NCBI GenBank assembly: GCA_022821685.1
Contig: JAJEDD010000042.1
Span: 35,071-99,070 of the forward strand
DNA length: 64,000 bases
DNA from: Acidimicrobiia bacterium
GTDB taxonomy: Bacteria; Actinomycetota; Acidimicrobiia; Acidimicrobiales; Aldehydirespiratoraceae
Direction: 5' to 3'
Each line of letters opens with the position of its first letter. Position 1 is the stretch's first letter. The position numbers were made by a program, and so were the translations under genes. This document shows, one piece after another, positions 61,711-64,000 of the stretch. Under the pieces are notes generated by a model, which was not told the DNA's origin, ran no database searches, and worked only from the letters and a program-made list of their open reading frames with translations.

Positions 61711-62610
61711 TCATGCGGCCAGGCTCCAGGTGTAGATGCGGGCCGGCTCGGGCTCCCACACCTCGGCGTCGACGGCGCCCGGCAGGCGGGCGATGGCCCG
61801 GTACTCCGACGACATGGCCACCCAGTCGTCGGTCTCGGCCACCACCGCCGGCTTGCAGGCGATGGGGTCGCGCAGGATGGCGAACCCGTCGGCCACCCCG
61901 ATGGCGAAGGTGTAGAACCCGTCGAGGTCGCTCAGCGCGCCCTGCAGCGCCTGCGAGATCGAGTCGCCGGAGCGGATCCGCCACGACAGGTAACCGGCGG
62001 CCACCTCAGAGTCGTTCTCGGTCTGGAACGACTCGCCGTGGCCCTCCAGGTGGCGCCGCAGCCGGTTGTGGTTGGACAGCGACCCGTTGTGCACCAGGCA
62101 GGTGTCGGCGCCGGTGGCGAAGGGATGCGATCCCCGGGTGGTGACCGCCGACTCGGTGGCCATGCGGGTGTGGGCCAGGGCGTGAGTGCCGCGGCGGGAG
62201 GCCAAGTCGTAGCGCTCGGCCACCAGGTCGGGGTCGCCCACCGCCTTGTACAACTCGATCTGGGCGCCGTAGCTCAACACCGTCACATCGGCCACGTTGT
62301 CGATGATCCACTGGCGGGCGACCCGGCCGTCGCCGTCGGTGGAGAGCACGGCGTGGTCGTGCACCGCCCGCACCGTCACCGCCGCGTCCAGCACGCCCTC
62401 CAGCGCACCCGCCACCGCGGCCCAGTCCACCTCGACGCCCTCGGCCAGCACGGTGATGCGGGTGCGGCCGGGCTCGCCGGGGTCATACGAGGCGAAGCCG
62501 GCGCTGTCGGGGCCGCGGTCGCGCATCTCCCGCAGCATCACCGCGGTCAGCCGGCCCAACTCGTGGCGGTGGGTCTCGGTCTTGCAGAACAGTCCAACGA
62601 TGCCGCACAT
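61711..62610 (-). CDS. mgsA: Class II (Ntn) amidotransferase (GlxB/MgsA)
   Basis: MCGIVG N-terminal Cys, RGPDSAG, HTRMATES, HNGSLSN, RDPIACKP. Confidence 0.88.
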   Translation of the reverse strand: MCGIVGLFCKTETHRHELGRLTAVMLREMRDRGPDSAGFASYDPGEPGRTRITVLAEGVEVDWAAVAGALEGVLDAAVTVRAVHDHAVLSTDGDGRVARQWIIDNVADVTVLSYGAQIELYKAVGDPDLVAERYDLASRRGTHALAHTRMATESAVTTRGSHPFATGADTCLVHNGSLSNHNRLRRHLEGHGESFQTENDSEVAAGYLSWRIRSGDSISQALQGALSDLDGFYTFAIGVADGFAILRDPIACKPAVVAETDDWVAMSSEYRAIARLPGAVDAEVWEPEPARIYTWSLAA

Positions 62611-62707
62611 GCCCCTTGTCCCCCGAAACCCCCGCCCGGCGAAGTTCGGCCCGCACCGTAGCGCCCGGCGCACCATCGACCGCAGCCAAGCTCCGCCGCC
62701 GCCTGAC

Positions 62708-62782
62708 TCCCGCTCATGTTCACTCCGCTCACGAGCCGCCCAAGATCCAGCACTACAGCCCACGGCCTCACAAGCTCGGCCT
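62708..62782 (-). repeat. Dispersed repeat, long-spacer subtype, between divergent mgsA and gmaS
   Basis: Reverse complement AGGCCGAGCTTGTGAGGCCGTGGGCTGTAGTGCTGGATCTTGGGCGGCTCGTGAGCGGAGTGAACATGAGCGGGA. Confidence 0.85.
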
Positions 62783-62855
62783 GCGCCGGATTCCCGCGGG
62801 TGGGGATGCTTGACTACTGTCGGCTGCCGCTACCAGCCGAGACACAGGGGGAACC

Positions 62856-64000
62856 ATGAGCGCGCTCGATGAGATCCGGGGCCGGGTGGAGGCCGACGGC
62901 GTGGAGTTCATCTACGCCATGTTCGTGGAGATGCACGGCAAGCCGTGCGCCAAGCTGGTGCCCGTCGGCGCCCTAGAGGCGCTGATGAGCGACGGGGCCG
63001 GGTTCGCCGGGTTCGCGGCCGGACCGATGGGCCAGGACCCCTCCAGCCCCGACATCCTCGCCCTGCCCGACCCGGCGTCGTACACGCAGCTTCCGTGGCA
63101 GCCCAACGTGGCCGCCATGCAGTGCGACCCCACCGTGGAGGGCGAGCTCTGGCCGTACGCGCCGAGGGTGATCCTGCGCCGGGCCCTGGCCGCCGCCGCC
63201 GAGCGCAACCTGGTACTCAAGTGCGGCGTGGAGGCCGAGTATTCGCTGGTGGTGCGCAACGACGACGGCGCCATCGCGGTGGCCGACGACCGCGACACCA
63301 TGGCGCTGCCCTGCTACGACGCCAAGGGCCTCACCCGGATGCTGCCCCACCTCACCGCGGTGTCCAAGAACCTCGACGCCATGGGCTGGGGCAACTACGC
63401 CAACGACCACGAGGACGCCAACGGCCAGTACGAGCAGAACTGGCAGTACTCCGACGCTCTCACCACCGCCGACCGGCTGATCCTGTTCCGGCTGATGGTC
63501 CACACCCTGGCCCAGCGCGACGGCCGCTACGCCACGTTCATGCCCAAGCCGTTCGCCGACAAGACCGGCAACGGGCTGCACGTCCACCTCAGCCTGTGGT
63601 CGGGCGACGCCGACGAGCCGCTGTTCATCGGCGGCGGTCCGGGCGGCGCCGACACCAAGGGGCTGGGCCTCAGCGACACCGCCTACAAGTTCGTGGGCGG
63701 CATCCTCGAGCACGCCTCGTCGCTGGTGGCGGTGGCCTGCCCCATCGTCAACTCCTACAAGCGCATGGGGGTGGGCGCGCCCACCTCGGGGGCCACTTGG
63801 GCGCCGGCCTATGCGGCCTACGGCGGCAACAACCGCACCCAGATGATCCGGGTGCCGGAGCCGGACCGCATCGAGATCCGGCTGGGCGACGGCGCGGCCA
63901 ACCCGTACCTGATGTTCGCGGCCATGCTGGCCTGCGGCCTCGACGGACTCGACCGCGGCCTCGATCCGGGCGAGCCCAACACTGACAACCTGTTCACGCT
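62856..64000 (+). CDS. gmaS: Type III glutamine synthetase-like gamma-glutamylmethylamide synthetase, truncated by window edge
   Basis: Not in ORF track; manual translation MSALDEIRGRVEADG...AKLVP...GAGFAGFA...PCYD...YANDHEDANGQYE...TFMPKPF...GNGLHVH...VNSYKR; divergent from mgsABC. Confidence 0.85.
   Translation, partial: MSALDEIRGRVEADGVEFIYAMFVEMHGKPCAKLVPVGALEALMSDGAGFAGFAAGPMGQDPSSPDILALPDPASYTQLPWQPNVAAMQCDPTVEGELWPYAPRVILRRALAAAAERNLVLKCGVEAEYSLVVRNDDGAIAVADDRDTMALPCYDAKGLTRMLPHLTAVSKNLDAMGWGNYANDHEDANGQYEQNWQYSDALTTADRLILFRLMVHTLAQRDGRYATFMPKPFADKTGNGLHVHLSLWSGDADEPLFIGGGPGGADTKGLGLSDTAYKFVGGILEHASSLVAVACPIVNSYKRMGVGAPTSGATWAPAYAAYGGNNRTQMIRVPEPDRIEIRLGDGAANPYLMFAAMLACGLDGLDRGLDPGEPNTDNLFT

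Overview
High-GC (about 70% by eye) actinobacterial chromosomal segment, most consistent with Acidimicrobiia (inferred from gene content and synteny, not from a marker gene). It is mostly housekeeping: ask/asd, dut, orn, serS, pdxH, ilvD, purAB, dnaK-grpE-dnaJ-hspR-clpB, gpmA, pabA/trpG-pknB-pstP, pheA, an EF-G paralog and 7 tRNAs. It also holds a caa3-type cytochrome c oxidase locus and a methylated-amine catabolic cluster (gmaS, mgsABC, two dimethylglycine/sarcosine dehydrogenase-like genes, a non-pyrrolysine MttB). No CRISPR array, prophage or transposase was seen. Main observations: (1) an intact but catalytically dead second oxidase module lies directly upstream of ctaCDEFG, made of a subunit I paralog lacking 5 of 6 metal-ligand His, an extra subunit III and a CtaF-like protein; (2) a ~61-bp hairpin repeat has about 12 copies, three of them inside or in frame with ctaA, clpS and hspR; (3) short 'relay' mini-ORFs are ATGA/GTGA-coupled at both ends and bridge insertions at operon junctions; (4) an AAA_14/DUF4143 ATPase-nuclease gene with an upstream 23-bp tandem array interrupts the methylamine cluster. 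All product calls come from motif recognition by eye; no database searches were run.
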